Source: Pasteurella multocida
GTDB taxonomy: Bacteria; Pseudomonadota; Gammaproteobacteria; Enterobacterales; Pasteurellaceae
Assembly (NCBI RefSeq): GCF_900187275.1
Contig: NZ_LT906458.1
Location: 1,950,001 to 1,982,000, forward strand
Length of the DNA stretch: 32,000 nucleotides
Direction of reading: 5' to 3'
Made by a program: the position numbers and the translations under genes. The number at the start of each line of letters is the position of its first letter. Positions within the stretch are counted from its first letter, which is position 1. This document shows positions 11,244-19,993 of the stretch, piece after piece. A model generated the notes under the pieces. That model saw only the letters and a list, made by a program, of their open reading frames with translations, made no database searches and was not told where the DNA came from.

Positions 11244-12290
11244 TTATTTTGTTGCTCTTTTGTGTACTGCTTTTTGATTTAATAAACGTTTGCGCTGTGC
11301 ATAGCCGGCAATCGTAATGGACAGTAAAAGTGTTGCGCCATTGAACAATGGTTCCACCCAGAATGCCCCACCAAATTGTTGGATACCGGAGATACCAATC
11401 GCAAGGATAGCAATCCCTACCACGGTTCCCCATACGTTGATCCGCCCTGGTTTTATGGTAGTACTCCCTAAAAATGCGCCAACAAGTGCAGGCAATAAAT
11501 AGTCCATTCCTACGCTCGCTTGTCCAACACCTTGTTGCGCGGCAATTAACACGCCAGTAAAGCCAGTGATTAAACTGGAGACAATGAAAGGGACAATGGT
11601 GTATTTTTTTATGGAGATGCCATTGAGATGGGCAGCGGTAGGATTGCCTCCCACTGCATACATACAGCGCCCTGTTGGAGTATGTTCTGTCACTAGCCAC
11701 ATCACAATCGCAATAATGAGGACATAAAAGGCGGAAATTGGAATGCCAAAGATTTCAGTACTGTTAATAGCAATGAAACCATCAGGTAAGTCACCGACAA
11801 TTTGGCGTCCACCAGAATGCCATAAAGCAATCGCATAAAGGACTGTGCCTGAACCTAAGGTTGCCACGAAACTATCAATATCCGCCAGCGCGACCAGAAT
11901 ACCATTAAGGAGTCCGTAAATGGCGGCGACAATTAATACGGTTACGGTAGCCATTTGCCAAGAGAAACCAAATTGGACTTGTAATGTAATGGCGAGAATA
12001 TGCCACAGGACAATACCGAAACCGACGTTTAAATCGATTTTGCCCACAATCATTGTGGTGGTGGCAGCGAGTGCAAGTAAGGCAATTTTGGATTTACTTT
12101 CTAAAATGGCATTTAACGTTAGCATCGACGCAAAGGAGTCGGTGGTTAACGAGAAAATGATAACAAGCAAAAAGCACAACCATAATAATCCATATCTGGT
12201 GAGCATTTGGGAAAACCAAGCGGCAAATCCATCACGCGCAATAGAGACGGGATGCTCTAGTGCAGTTGATTTGATATTTGTTTGAGCCAT
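11244..12290 (-). CDS. sugar ABC transporter permease (RbsC/AraH-like)
   Basis: 348 aa and multi-span hydrophobic, with the pattern GKIDLNVG...GGNPTAAHLNGI typical of carbohydrate-uptake CUT2 permeases. Confidence 0.85.
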   Translation of the reverse strand: MAQTNIKSTALEHPVSIARDGFAAWFSQMLTRYGLLWLCFLLVIIFSLTTDSFASMLTLNAILESKSKIALLALAATTTMIVGKIDLNVGFGIVLWHILAITLQVQFGFSWQMATVTVLIVAAIYGLLNGILVALADIDSFVATLGSGTVLYAIALWHSGGRQIVGDLPDGFIAINSTEIFGIPISAFYVLIIAIVMWLVTEHTPTGRCMYAVGGNPTAAHLNGISIKKYTIVPFIVSSLITGFTGVLIAAQQGVGQASVGMDYLLPALVGAFLGSTTIKPGRINVWGTVVGIAILAIGISGIQQFGGAFWVEPLFNGATLLLSITIAGYAQRKRLLNQKAVHKRATK

Positions 12291-12310
12291 AGTGCGCTCC
12301 TATTGAGTGT

Positions 12311-12319
12311 AAGTGCGGT
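12311..12319 (+). repeat. USS core (AAGTGCGGT)
   Basis: Exact 9-mer in the permease-ATPase intergenic spacer. Confidence 0.9.
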
Positions 12320-12333
12320 CTAAAATGCAAAAA

Positions 12334-13851
12334 TTAATTAATGCTCGACTTGGAATCTGAAGCGAGTGCCAGTAAGTTGGCGAACGTGACTTGTTCATTG
12401 AACAATTCACCTGCGATCTCACCACGGTTAAAGACGAGAGCTCGATTACATAAATGGGCAATTTCTTCGAAGTCATTTGAAATCACAATAATGGCTATCC
12501 CTTTTTTCAACGCCTGATTTAAGAGATCATAAATTTCTGCCCTTGCGCCGACATCTACCCCAGCGGTGGGATCTTCTAAAATCAGCACGGGCGTATTAAG
12601 GTGCATCCAACGGGCAAGCACGATCTTTTGTTGGTTTCCACCGGATAGCGCACTGACGTCGATAAATAAATTTTTGGGACGAATATCGAATAATTGGAAT
12701 TTGTACCAACTTTCAGCCCATTCTTGTTTCCGCGCATAATTTTTCAGTGGTGAATGACCACTTAGGACAGGATTAATAAATAAATTCTCAGATGTTGTCA
12801 TGGACATAACGAGACTTTCTTTTACCCTATCACCAGCAACCAAAGCGATGCCTTTTTGAATAGCTTCTTTTGGCGATGTGGCATGATAGTCTTGGTTATT
12901 GAAAAGGATATTACCACTTTCTAATTCACGCATACCAAAGAGAAGGCGCCCAATTTCTTCTTGACCTGCGCCACGTAACCCTGCGAGCGCGATCATTTCA
13001 CCTTCATGTAACCTGAAGGAAACAGGACCGGTATCGCCGACAACAATATGATTTAATTGCAATACTTCAGGTGTATTGTGTGGCAATGGTTCTCTTTGTT
13101 TTCCGCGCGTTTCTTCACCCACAATCGCTTTCACTAATGCTTTGACGTCATAATGCTGTGTTTCACCTTGTGCGACAGGATAACCATCTCGCATGACTAA
13201 TATACGATCAGAGATAGTAATGACTTCATCGAGACGGTGAGTGACATAAATCATCCCTACCCCCTGCGAGCGTAGGCGATTTAACACGACAAACAAGTGT
13301 TCCACATCGCTAGCAGGTAACGAAGCTGTGGGTTCATCTAAGACTAAAATTTCTGCATTGATAGCGATCGCGCGGGCAATTGCCAGTAAGGCTTTTTCTG
13401 TTCGGCTCAGATCAAAGACGCGTGTTTCAGCGGACAATTGAATACCGACAAAGTCTAATGCCTCTTGTGCTTGTTGATTGATTTTTTTCCAATCAATTAA
13501 TCCAAAACGACGAGGAAATCCCATAACAAATGCCATGTTTTCTGCAATTGTCATCCATTCAATCAAGCCTAAATCCTGATGGATAAACGCAATGGGCTGT
13601 TTATTGGTATGTGAGAGCGATTGGGCAGACTGGATTTTTTGTCCATGAAAAGTAATGTCGCCTTCATCTCGGGGATAGATGCCCGCCAGAATCTTAATGA
13701 GTGTGGATTTTCCCGCACCATTTTCACCAAGTAAAGCCACGATTTCACCCCGATGAATATCAAGGCTCACCTGATTTACTGCTGTATGGCTACCGAATCG
13801 TTTGACGATGTTCTGTAGGCTAAGAATTGGAGATTGTTCAGTTATCACCAT
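12334..13851 (-). CDS. sugar ABC transporter ATP-binding protein, tandem ABC domains (RbsA/MglA-like)
   Basis: Walker A GENGAGKST, signature region, Walker B ILVLDEPT, and a second degenerate domain GLRGAGQEE...LSGGNQQK...LILEDPT. The start is set at MVITEQSP (ATG = complement of 13849-13851) because AGGAGG lies 5 nt upstream. Confidence 0.9.
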   Translation of the reverse strand: MVITEQSPILSLQNIVKRFGSHTAVNQVSLDIHRGEIVALLGENGAGKSTLIKILAGIYPRDEGDITFHGQKIQSAQSLSHTNKQPIAFIHQDLGLIEWMTIAENMAFVMGFPRRFGLIDWKKINQQAQEALDFVGIQLSAETRVFDLSRTEKALLAIARAIAINAEILVLDEPTASLPASDVEHLFVVLNRLRSQGVGMIYVTHRLDEVITISDRILVMRDGYPVAQGETQHYDVKALVKAIVGEETRGKQREPLPHNTPEVLQLNHIVVGDTGPVSFRLHEGEMIALAGLRGAGQEEIGRLLFGMRELESGNILFNNQDYHATSPKEAIQKGIALVAGDRVKESLVMSMTTSENLFINPVLSGHSPLKNYARKQEWAESWYKFQLFDIRPKNLFIDVSALSGGNQQKIVLARWMHLNTPVLILEDPTAGVDVGARAEIYDLLNQALKKGIAIIVISNDFEEIAHLCNRALVFNRGEIAGELFNEQVTFANLLALASDSKSSIN

Positions 13852-13881
13852 GTTTCCTCCTGAGGTATGAGGAAGGAGCAA

Positions 13882-13890
13882 AAGTGCGGT
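13882..13890 (+). repeat. USS core (AAGTGCGGT), 5' half of an intergenic hairpin
   Basis: Exact 9-mer. GCGGTCGAT (13886-13894) pairs with ATCGACCGC (13911-13919). Confidence 0.9.
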
Positions 13891-13928
13891 CGATCCGCAT
13901 GAAATATTAAATCGACCGCGAATTTCGC

Positions 13929-14915
13929 TTATTTAGCAAGCGCATCAATTTGTTTGACGAGGTCATCACCATTTTTCTCAATGAAAGCTTTACGTACTTC
14001 ACTTTCGATCGCTGCTTTGAATGGTTTGGTATCAACCGTTTCAATCACTTGGATGCCTGCTTTTTGCATTTTTTCAATAATGCCTTTTTCATTATCCAAA
14101 TTGAGTTTTCGTTGATAGGCGCCGGCTTCTTTCGCGGCTTCAAGAATAGCGCTTTGTAGTGCTGGTGACAACCCATCAAATTTGGCTTTATTCATCACCA
14201 CGATAAGTGGGGTATATCCATGATTGGTTAAGCTTAAGTGTTTTTGTACTTCATACAATTTAGCAGACCAAACAATACCGACAGGGTGTTCTTGAGCATC
14301 AACAGCACGTGTTTCTAACGCAGTATAAAGCTCTGAAAGCGGCATTGGCACAGGGTTTGCCCCTAAGATAGAGAACGCTTGAATATACATTGGGTTTTGA
14401 TTAGTACGTACTTTCAATCCTTTAATGTCATCTGGCGTTTTCACGGGATGTTTTGAGTTAGTAAATGAACGGAAACCCACTTCCCAGAAGGCTAACCCTT
14501 TTAAGCCTTGTGCTTCTAATTCTTTTAATAAGCCTTGTCCAATTTCGCCGTCTAACACGGCATAAGCATGCTCACGATTTTGGAAAATAAACGGAATATC
14601 AATCACATTTAATTTAGGCACTAAACCTGAAAAGTTTGGTGAACCTGACATTTCTAAATCAATTGTGCCACCGCGTACCGCACTGATCATGGTTTGTGCA
14701 TTGCCTAACGTGCTGTCAGGGAAAAGACTGAGTTTAATTTCGCCTTTGGTTTTTTCTTTGAGAAGCTCATTGAATTTCTTTGCAGCTTCATGTTGCGTAT
14801 CACTACGCGGTGCCTCGTAACCAAAGCGTAATGTGGTTGCGGCATTTGCTGACGCGGTGAATACTGCCATACCGGCCACTAAAGCTGCGAGCATTTTAAG
14901 ATTGAAGCGTTTCAT
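13929..14915 (-). CDS. yiaO: TRAP transporter periplasmic solute-binding subunit (2,3-diketo-L-gulonate-binding type)
   Basis: 328 aa DctP-family protein with signal peptide MKRFNLKMLAALVAGMAVFTASANA. Operon order is as in E. coli yiaMNO. Confidence 0.88.
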   Translation of the reverse strand: MKRFNLKMLAALVAGMAVFTASANAATTLRFGYEAPRSDTQHEAAKKFNELLKEKTKGEIKLSLFPDSTLGNAQTMISAVRGGTIDLEMSGSPNFSGLVPKLNVIDIPFIFQNREHAYAVLDGEIGQGLLKELEAQGLKGLAFWEVGFRSFTNSKHPVKTPDDIKGLKVRTNQNPMYIQAFSILGANPVPMPLSELYTALETRAVDAQEHPVGIVWSAKLYEVQKHLSLTNHGYTPLIVVMNKAKFDGLSPALQSAILEAAKEAGAYQRKLNLDNEKGIIEKMQKAGIQVIETVDTKPFKAAIESEVRKAFIEKNGDDLVKQIDALAK

Positions 14916-14934
14916 AATATTCTCCTGTTAAAGT

Positions 14935-16215
14935 TTAAGGTTGTAGCCAGCTAAGTGGCGTTAAAATCAATGATGGGAAGAAAATGAATGAAAACAGCAA
15001 AATAATCATCATAAATAAATACGGGAGTATGCCTTTAGCCGCTTGATCAAAAGGTAACTTCGATACACCGGTGATGACATTTAATACATTACCGACAGGT
15101 GGTGTAATAAGCCCAATTGACGTATTCAGAATAAAGAGCACACCAAAATAAACAGGGTCGATGCCGGCTTCTTCGACTAATGGCATCAACACAGGTGTCA
15201 AAATCAATACGGTAGGTGTTAAATCCATCACCATGCCGATGACGAAGACAGAGATCATAATCACGATTAATAATAGGGTTGGCGTGTCAATTAATGGTTC
15301 AAGTAATTCCGTCATCATTTGCGGTAATTCCGCAATAGTGATGAGCCAACCTGTGACCTGCGCAGCCGCAACTAAGAACATGACCACGGCAGTGGTTTTC
15401 CCAGCGGCGAGAATGACCCGATATAATTGTCTGAATTTCAACTCTTTATAGATAAATAAGGACACGACCAGCGCATAAAATGCAGCGACAGCCCCTGCTT
15501 CCGTCGGCGTGAAAATCCCGGAGCGGAATCCGCCAATGATAATGACGGGTAGTAACAACGCCCAAATACTATTTTTAAAGGAAATACACAGTTCTTCTTT
15601 TGTGGCTTTTGAAAAGGTCATCAGATTTAAGCGTTTCGCTTGCCACCACCAAAGCGCCCCTAAACAAATCCCCATGAGAATGCCCGGTGCGATACCTGCT
15701 AAGAATAACTTGGTAATAGACACACCGCTGGCAACACCGAAAATAATAAACGGAATCGAAGGCGGAATGATCGGGGCGATGATGCCCGCTGTCCCAATTA
15801 ATCCTGCGGAGCGATCAAGCGGATATCCCGTGGTTTTCATCATTGGCAATAACATCGCGGCTACTGCGGCGGTGTCTGCGACGGCGGAACCAGATAAACT
15901 TGCCATGATCATTGCCGCAAGGATGGCAACAAAGCCTAAGCCACCCCGTTTGTGTCCGACCAATTTCATTGGCAGATCGATGATCCGTTTTGATAAGCCC
16001 CCTTCATTCATAATTTCACCAGCTAAAATGAAAAAAGGAATCGCCATTAACGAGAAACTGTCTGCACCACTGACGAGCTGTTGAGCAAGAATTTGCGCAT
16101 CAAATAAATCTAAATGTAACATTAATGCGACACCGCACAATAACAGGGCAAACGCAACGGGAATACCTAATAAAATAGCACCTAATAAGACGGAAAGGAA
16201 AATAACGACGGTCAT
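14935..16215 (-). CDS. yiaN: TRAP transporter large permease subunit (DctM family)
   Basis: 426-aa polytopic membrane protein. It overlaps yiaM by 4 nt (ATGA). Confidence 0.9.
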   Translation of the reverse strand: MTVVIFLSVLLGAILLGIPVAFALLLCGVALMLHLDLFDAQILAQQLVSGADSFSLMAIPFFILAGEIMNEGGLSKRIIDLPMKLVGHKRGGLGFVAILAAMIMASLSGSAVADTAAVAAMLLPMMKTTGYPLDRSAGLIGTAGIIAPIIPPSIPFIIFGVASGVSITKLFLAGIAPGILMGICLGALWWWQAKRLNLMTFSKATKEELCISFKNSIWALLLPVIIIGGFRSGIFTPTEAGAVAAFYALVVSLFIYKELKFRQLYRVILAAGKTTAVVMFLVAAAQVTGWLITIAELPQMMTELLEPLIDTPTLLLIVIMISVFVIGMVMDLTPTVLILTPVLMPLVEEAGIDPVYFGVLFILNTSIGLITPPVGNVLNVITGVSKLPFDQAAKGILPYLFMMIILLFSFIFFPSLILTPLSWLQP

Positions 16216-16694
16216 TGTTGTTCTCCTTTAATCAATCTATTGGCATTGGAAAAAAGTCGGATGACAAGTAGTAGTGCAATAGCACAGCCTGCAATGAAAC
16301 TGGCTAAATAGGTGATGCCCATTGGTATCCCTGAGATAGGCGCCATATTATTGAGATTTAATTGGAACTGGACCCAACTACCTTGAATGAGCAGATAGCA
16401 ACAAAATAACATGAGACTATCTGTGACTAAATGTAGTATTTTTTGTTTAGCCAAAGATAGACGAGAAGTGAAGATCGTGACATTAACATGACGATTTTCA
16501 TTAAACGCCAAAATAGCGCCAAGAAAAGCTAGCCAGACAAATAAATAACGGGACACTTCTTCGGTAATGTTAATACTGCTATTGAAGCCATAGCGCAACA
16601 CAACATTGAGAAAGACAAGGCAAGACATGGTGGCTAAAATAACGACCACTAGGCTTTCTAAGAGTTTGGTGACGTATATACTGAGTGATTTCAT
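16212..16694 (-). CDS. yiaM: TRAP transporter small permease subunit (DctQ family)
   Basis: 160 aa with 4 predicted hydrophobic spans. It overlaps the yiaL stop by 4 nt. Confidence 0.85.
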   Translation of the reverse strand: MKSLSIYVTKLLESLVVVILATMSCLVFLNVVLRYGFNSSINITEEVSRYLFVWLAFLGAILAFNENRHVNVTIFTSRLSLAKQKILHLVTDSLMLFCCYLLIQGSWVQFQLNLNNMAPISGIPMGITYLASFIAGCAIALLLVIRLFSNANRLIKGEQQ

Positions 16695-17167
16695 GGTGAC
16701 ACCTCTAATTCACTGACCGCAATTTTCACCACAACTTTACGGATCGACGTGGAATGACCATCAATGCAAGCCGGGCGGTGTACATCACTTGGAAAAAAGA
16801 TAGCAAAATGACCGGGACGCATAATGAGCTGTACTTCATTTTCGACATTCTGATAAAACAGGATATCTCGCGTTGCATCATACGGCTTTGCAATGTCGTT
16901 GTTGCCTAAATCAATGGCGACGCCAATACGTTCGAAACCAGAATGCAAATATTGCACATCAATATAATGGCGATGGACTTCGGGATAAAGCATCGACGGT
17001 TCTTGGGTTTCTAAATCTAAAACTTGGGCATAGATACGATCACCGCGTATAGGATAACGTCCCGCCGCTAACTGGTTAAAGTCAGTGTTTGACAAATAAT
17101 CTAAAGCAATATTGATTGCTTCAGGATACTGCTTTTTGTCAACCTGAGAGAGATGACCAAAAAACAT
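16691..17167 (-). CDS. yiaL: YhcH/YjgK/YiaL family (DUF386) protein
   Basis: 158 aa. Its size and position between yiaK and yiaM are as in E. coli, and the cupin-like pattern (FESHRHYIDVQY-type: EVHRHYIDVQYLHSG) fits the family. Confidence 0.78.
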   Translation of the reverse strand: MFFGHLSQVDKKQYPEAINIALDYLSNTDFNQLAAGRYPIRGDRIYAQVLDLETQEPSMLYPEVHRHYIDVQYLHSGFERIGVAIDLGNNDIAKPYDATRDILFYQNVENEVQLIMRPGHFAIFFPSDVHRPACIDGHSTSIRKVVVKIAVSELEVSP

Positions 17168-17176
17168 ATTCTTTCC

Positions 17177-18175
17177 TTATAACGATTTAATTTTTTCCCA
17201 TACCGTTTCATCAACAGGGATACCATTGGCTTTGTTTTCAGCCCGAATCGCTGTGAATTCATGACCTGGTAAGCGAATAGCCACATCGGGATCGGCGCGT
17301 TCAGCGGTTCTGACGTAATCCATAATTTTGTTTAGTTTTTCGTCTTTGGTGTTACCGTCAATGAGGCGATCAACTTCAATCGCAATAAAGATTTGTGAGA
17401 CACAGTATTCATCGTCTTTTTCTTCGGTCACTTCCGCAACAGACAAGCCATTAGAAAGTAAAGTCGCGATCATATCGAGTACAATGGATAATCCGGAGCC
17501 TTTCCAGAAGCCCATTGGAAGTAAACGACGATTTTTCTCGACGGTGCCCGGATCACGCGTTAAGTTCCCTTCATCATCAAAACCGGCATCAACAAAGGTT
17601 TGGCGACCTGCTAAACGGTGTACTTCTAACATGCCATAGGAATACATAGAGCAAGACATATCGACCATTGTAATCGGGGTTGTCGGCACCGCAATAATCA
17701 AGGGGTTTGTTCCAATACGGCATTCTTTTGCGCCCCAAGGTGGCATAACTGCGATGGAGTTTGTCCAACAGATGCCGATATAGCCTTTTTCGGCGGCTTG
17801 CCAGCCGTATCCACCACCACGCATCCAATGGTTAGCGTTTTTCAGTGCGACCACACCGATACCAAATTGGTCCGCAATTTCCATAGCACGATCCATCATT
17901 TTCTTGGCCGTCAAGTTACCAATTGCTTGATGCGCATCCCATTGTTCAATTGCGCCTAAAGACAGCACTTTCGTTGGTTCTGCATCGGGTACAATATCGC
18001 CTTTTTCAAGTTGAGAAATAAAACGTGGAAAGCGGTTTACACCATGTGAATACACACCAGACTCCGTGGTATCAGCAAACATAGTTGCACATTCTTCCGC
18101 AATGTCTTCACGGACATTTCGAGCGAGTAATACGCGTTTAAATTCTTGTTTAAGGGCTTCGTAACTGACTTTCAT
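17177..18175 (-). CDS. yiaK: 2,3-diketo-L-gulonate reductase
   Basis: 332 aa, highly collinear with E. coli YiaK/DlgD as remembered ([68 protein letters not shown]). Confidence 0.93.
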   Translation of the reverse strand: MKVSYEALKQEFKRVLLARNVREDIAEECATMFADTTESGVYSHGVNRFPRFISQLEKGDIVPDAEPTKVLSLGAIEQWDAHQAIGNLTAKKMMDRAMEIADQFGIGVVALKNANHWMRGGGYGWQAAEKGYIGICWTNSIAVMPPWGAKECRIGTNPLIIAVPTTPITMVDMSCSMYSYGMLEVHRLAGRQTFVDAGFDDEGNLTRDPGTVEKNRRLLPMGFWKGSGLSIVLDMIATLLSNGLSVAEVTEEKDDEYCVSQIFIAIEVDRLIDGNTKDEKLNKIMDYVRTAERADPDVAIRLPGHEFTAIRAENKANGIPVDETVWEKIKSL

Positions 18176-18314
18176 ATTATCCTCACAATTCAGTGTTTTA
18201 TTTCACATATTGAAACGACGTTTTAAAAAATTATAATCGGATTTATGCGGGTTAGCAAATTAAAAAGCAGAATAAAAAATACGATAAATCAATGAGATAG
18301 GAATTTTTAGCGCA

Positions 18315-18336
18315 TTTTGTGATCAAGATCCCATTT
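18315..18336. promoter_or_regulatory. candidate CRP binding site in the yiaK / yiaJ divergent control region
   Basis: TTTTGTGATCAAGATCCCATTT matches the 22-bp consensus AAATGTGATCTAGATCACATTT at 17/22. The left half-site TGTGA is perfect and the right half is TCCCA (4/5). Confidence 0.5.
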
Positions 18337-18391
18337 TTATTTCTCCGATATCTATTTAGAATAGCGAAAGATAGAATCGATTAATTTTTGG

Positions 18392-19201
18392 ATGGATGTG
18401 ATGAAAGAAGAGGATAAAACGAAGAAAGCAGGCAGTAATCAAAGTCTGATTAGGGGCTTACTCCTGATAGATATTTTGAGTAATTTTCCGAACGGTTGCC
18501 CACTCGCAAAATTATCAGAATTATCAAATTTGAATAAAAGTACCACACATCGTATGTTGCAAACGTTACAGTCTTGTGGCTATGTAAAACCTGCAAATAC
18601 GCTAGGGGCTTATCGCTTAACGACAAAATGTTTAACTCTCGGGCAAAAAACGCTGAGTTCATTAAATATTTTGAATCTTACCGCACCTTATTTGGAGCAG
18701 TTGAATTTAGAAACAGGGGAAACCGTTAATTTATCGACCCGTGATCATCACCATGCGGTCATGATTTATAAGTTAGAACCGACCACAGGTATGTTACGTA
18801 CACGTGCCTATATTGGGCAGCGTTTAGAACTCTATTGTTCTGCCATGGGCAAAATTTTTATGGCGTATGAAAAAGGGCATGCGCTAGATGATTAATGGGA
18901 AAAGAATCAAGCGACGATTCAGCAACTGACCGTGAATACGATTGTGACACAAGAAGCAATGGCATTGGAACTGGCGAAAATTCGCGAATTAGGTTACGCC
19001 ATGGATAATGAAGAAAATGAAAGAGGTGTCACTTGCTTAGCATGCCCTGTGTTTGACATTCATGGCAATGTCACCTATTCGGTTTCTATTTCCTTATCTA
19101 CCGCACGTTTGAAACAAATTGGTCAAGACACGTTGTTGCGCCATTTAAAACAAACGACTCAAGCAATTTCACAAGAATTGGGTGCGGTTATGCCGAGTTA
19201 A
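18392..19201 (+). pseudogene. yiaJ: IclR-family transcriptional regulator of the yiaK operon, interrupted by one in-frame TAA (18893-18895)
   Basis: ORF-track pieces 18392-18895 (HTH region, LSELSNLNKSTTHRMLQTL) and 18932-19201 (IclR effector domain, ELGYAMDNEENERGVTCLACPVFD) are in the same frame (540 nt apart). Read-through gives a 269-codon IclR-sized protein, ...GHALDD*WEKNQATIQQLTVNTIV... Confidence 0.75.
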
Positions 19202-19213
19202 TCGCATAAAAGT

Positions 19214-19256
19214 AAAAAAACCTGTCAACACTGTGTATTGACAGGTTTTTGCTTTT
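19214..19256. terminator. bidirectional rho-independent terminator between convergent yiaJ and yqhA
   Basis: AAAAAAA-ACCTGTCAA (19220-19228)-loop-TTGACAGGT (19238-19246)-TTTTTGCTTTTT. The 9-bp stem is flanked by an A-run and a T-run. Confidence 0.8.
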
Positions 19257-19276
19257 TAGTCAGGTAGTGTAATGCC

Positions 19277-19861
<585 letters not shown>

Positions 19862-19950
19862 TTATCGTTTTTCAGCTAAATCAAAAGAAGTGTGCAAAGT
19901 ACCTGTTTTTTAGCCAAAGTTCAACGAATTTTTGTGTTAGCCACAAAATG

Positions 19951-19986
19951 AAATGTGATTCACCTTGAGGCAGGTAAATCACATTT
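19951..19986 (-). terminator. hairpin terminator after the thi operon MFS gene
   Basis: AAATGTGATT (19951-19960) pairs with AATCACATTT (19977-19986), and an inner ACCT/AGGT pair extends the stem. On the minus strand it is followed by CATTTTG. It lies 8 nt after the stop at 19994. Confidence 0.6.
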
Positions 19987-19993
19987 AGGGTGA

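Noticed and set aside
9145-13881. Interpreting the ABC + lactonase module as a horizontally acquired genomic island
   Set aside because: There is no integrase, transposase, tRNA or flanking direct repeat. The module carries native-type USS in its spacers and is seamlessly co-oriented with the operon. I could not compute GC or codon statistics to argue otherwise.
15509-16084. 191-aa plus-strand ORF, plus similar long antisense or out-of-frame ORFs (1250-1681 +, 10792-11190 +, 11221-11700 -, 11920-12285 +, 20767-21198 +, 29563-29988 -)
   Set aside because: Each lies wholly inside a confidently identified gene on the opposite strand or in another frame. None has a recognisable motif or RBS, and their composition mirrors the real gene's codons.
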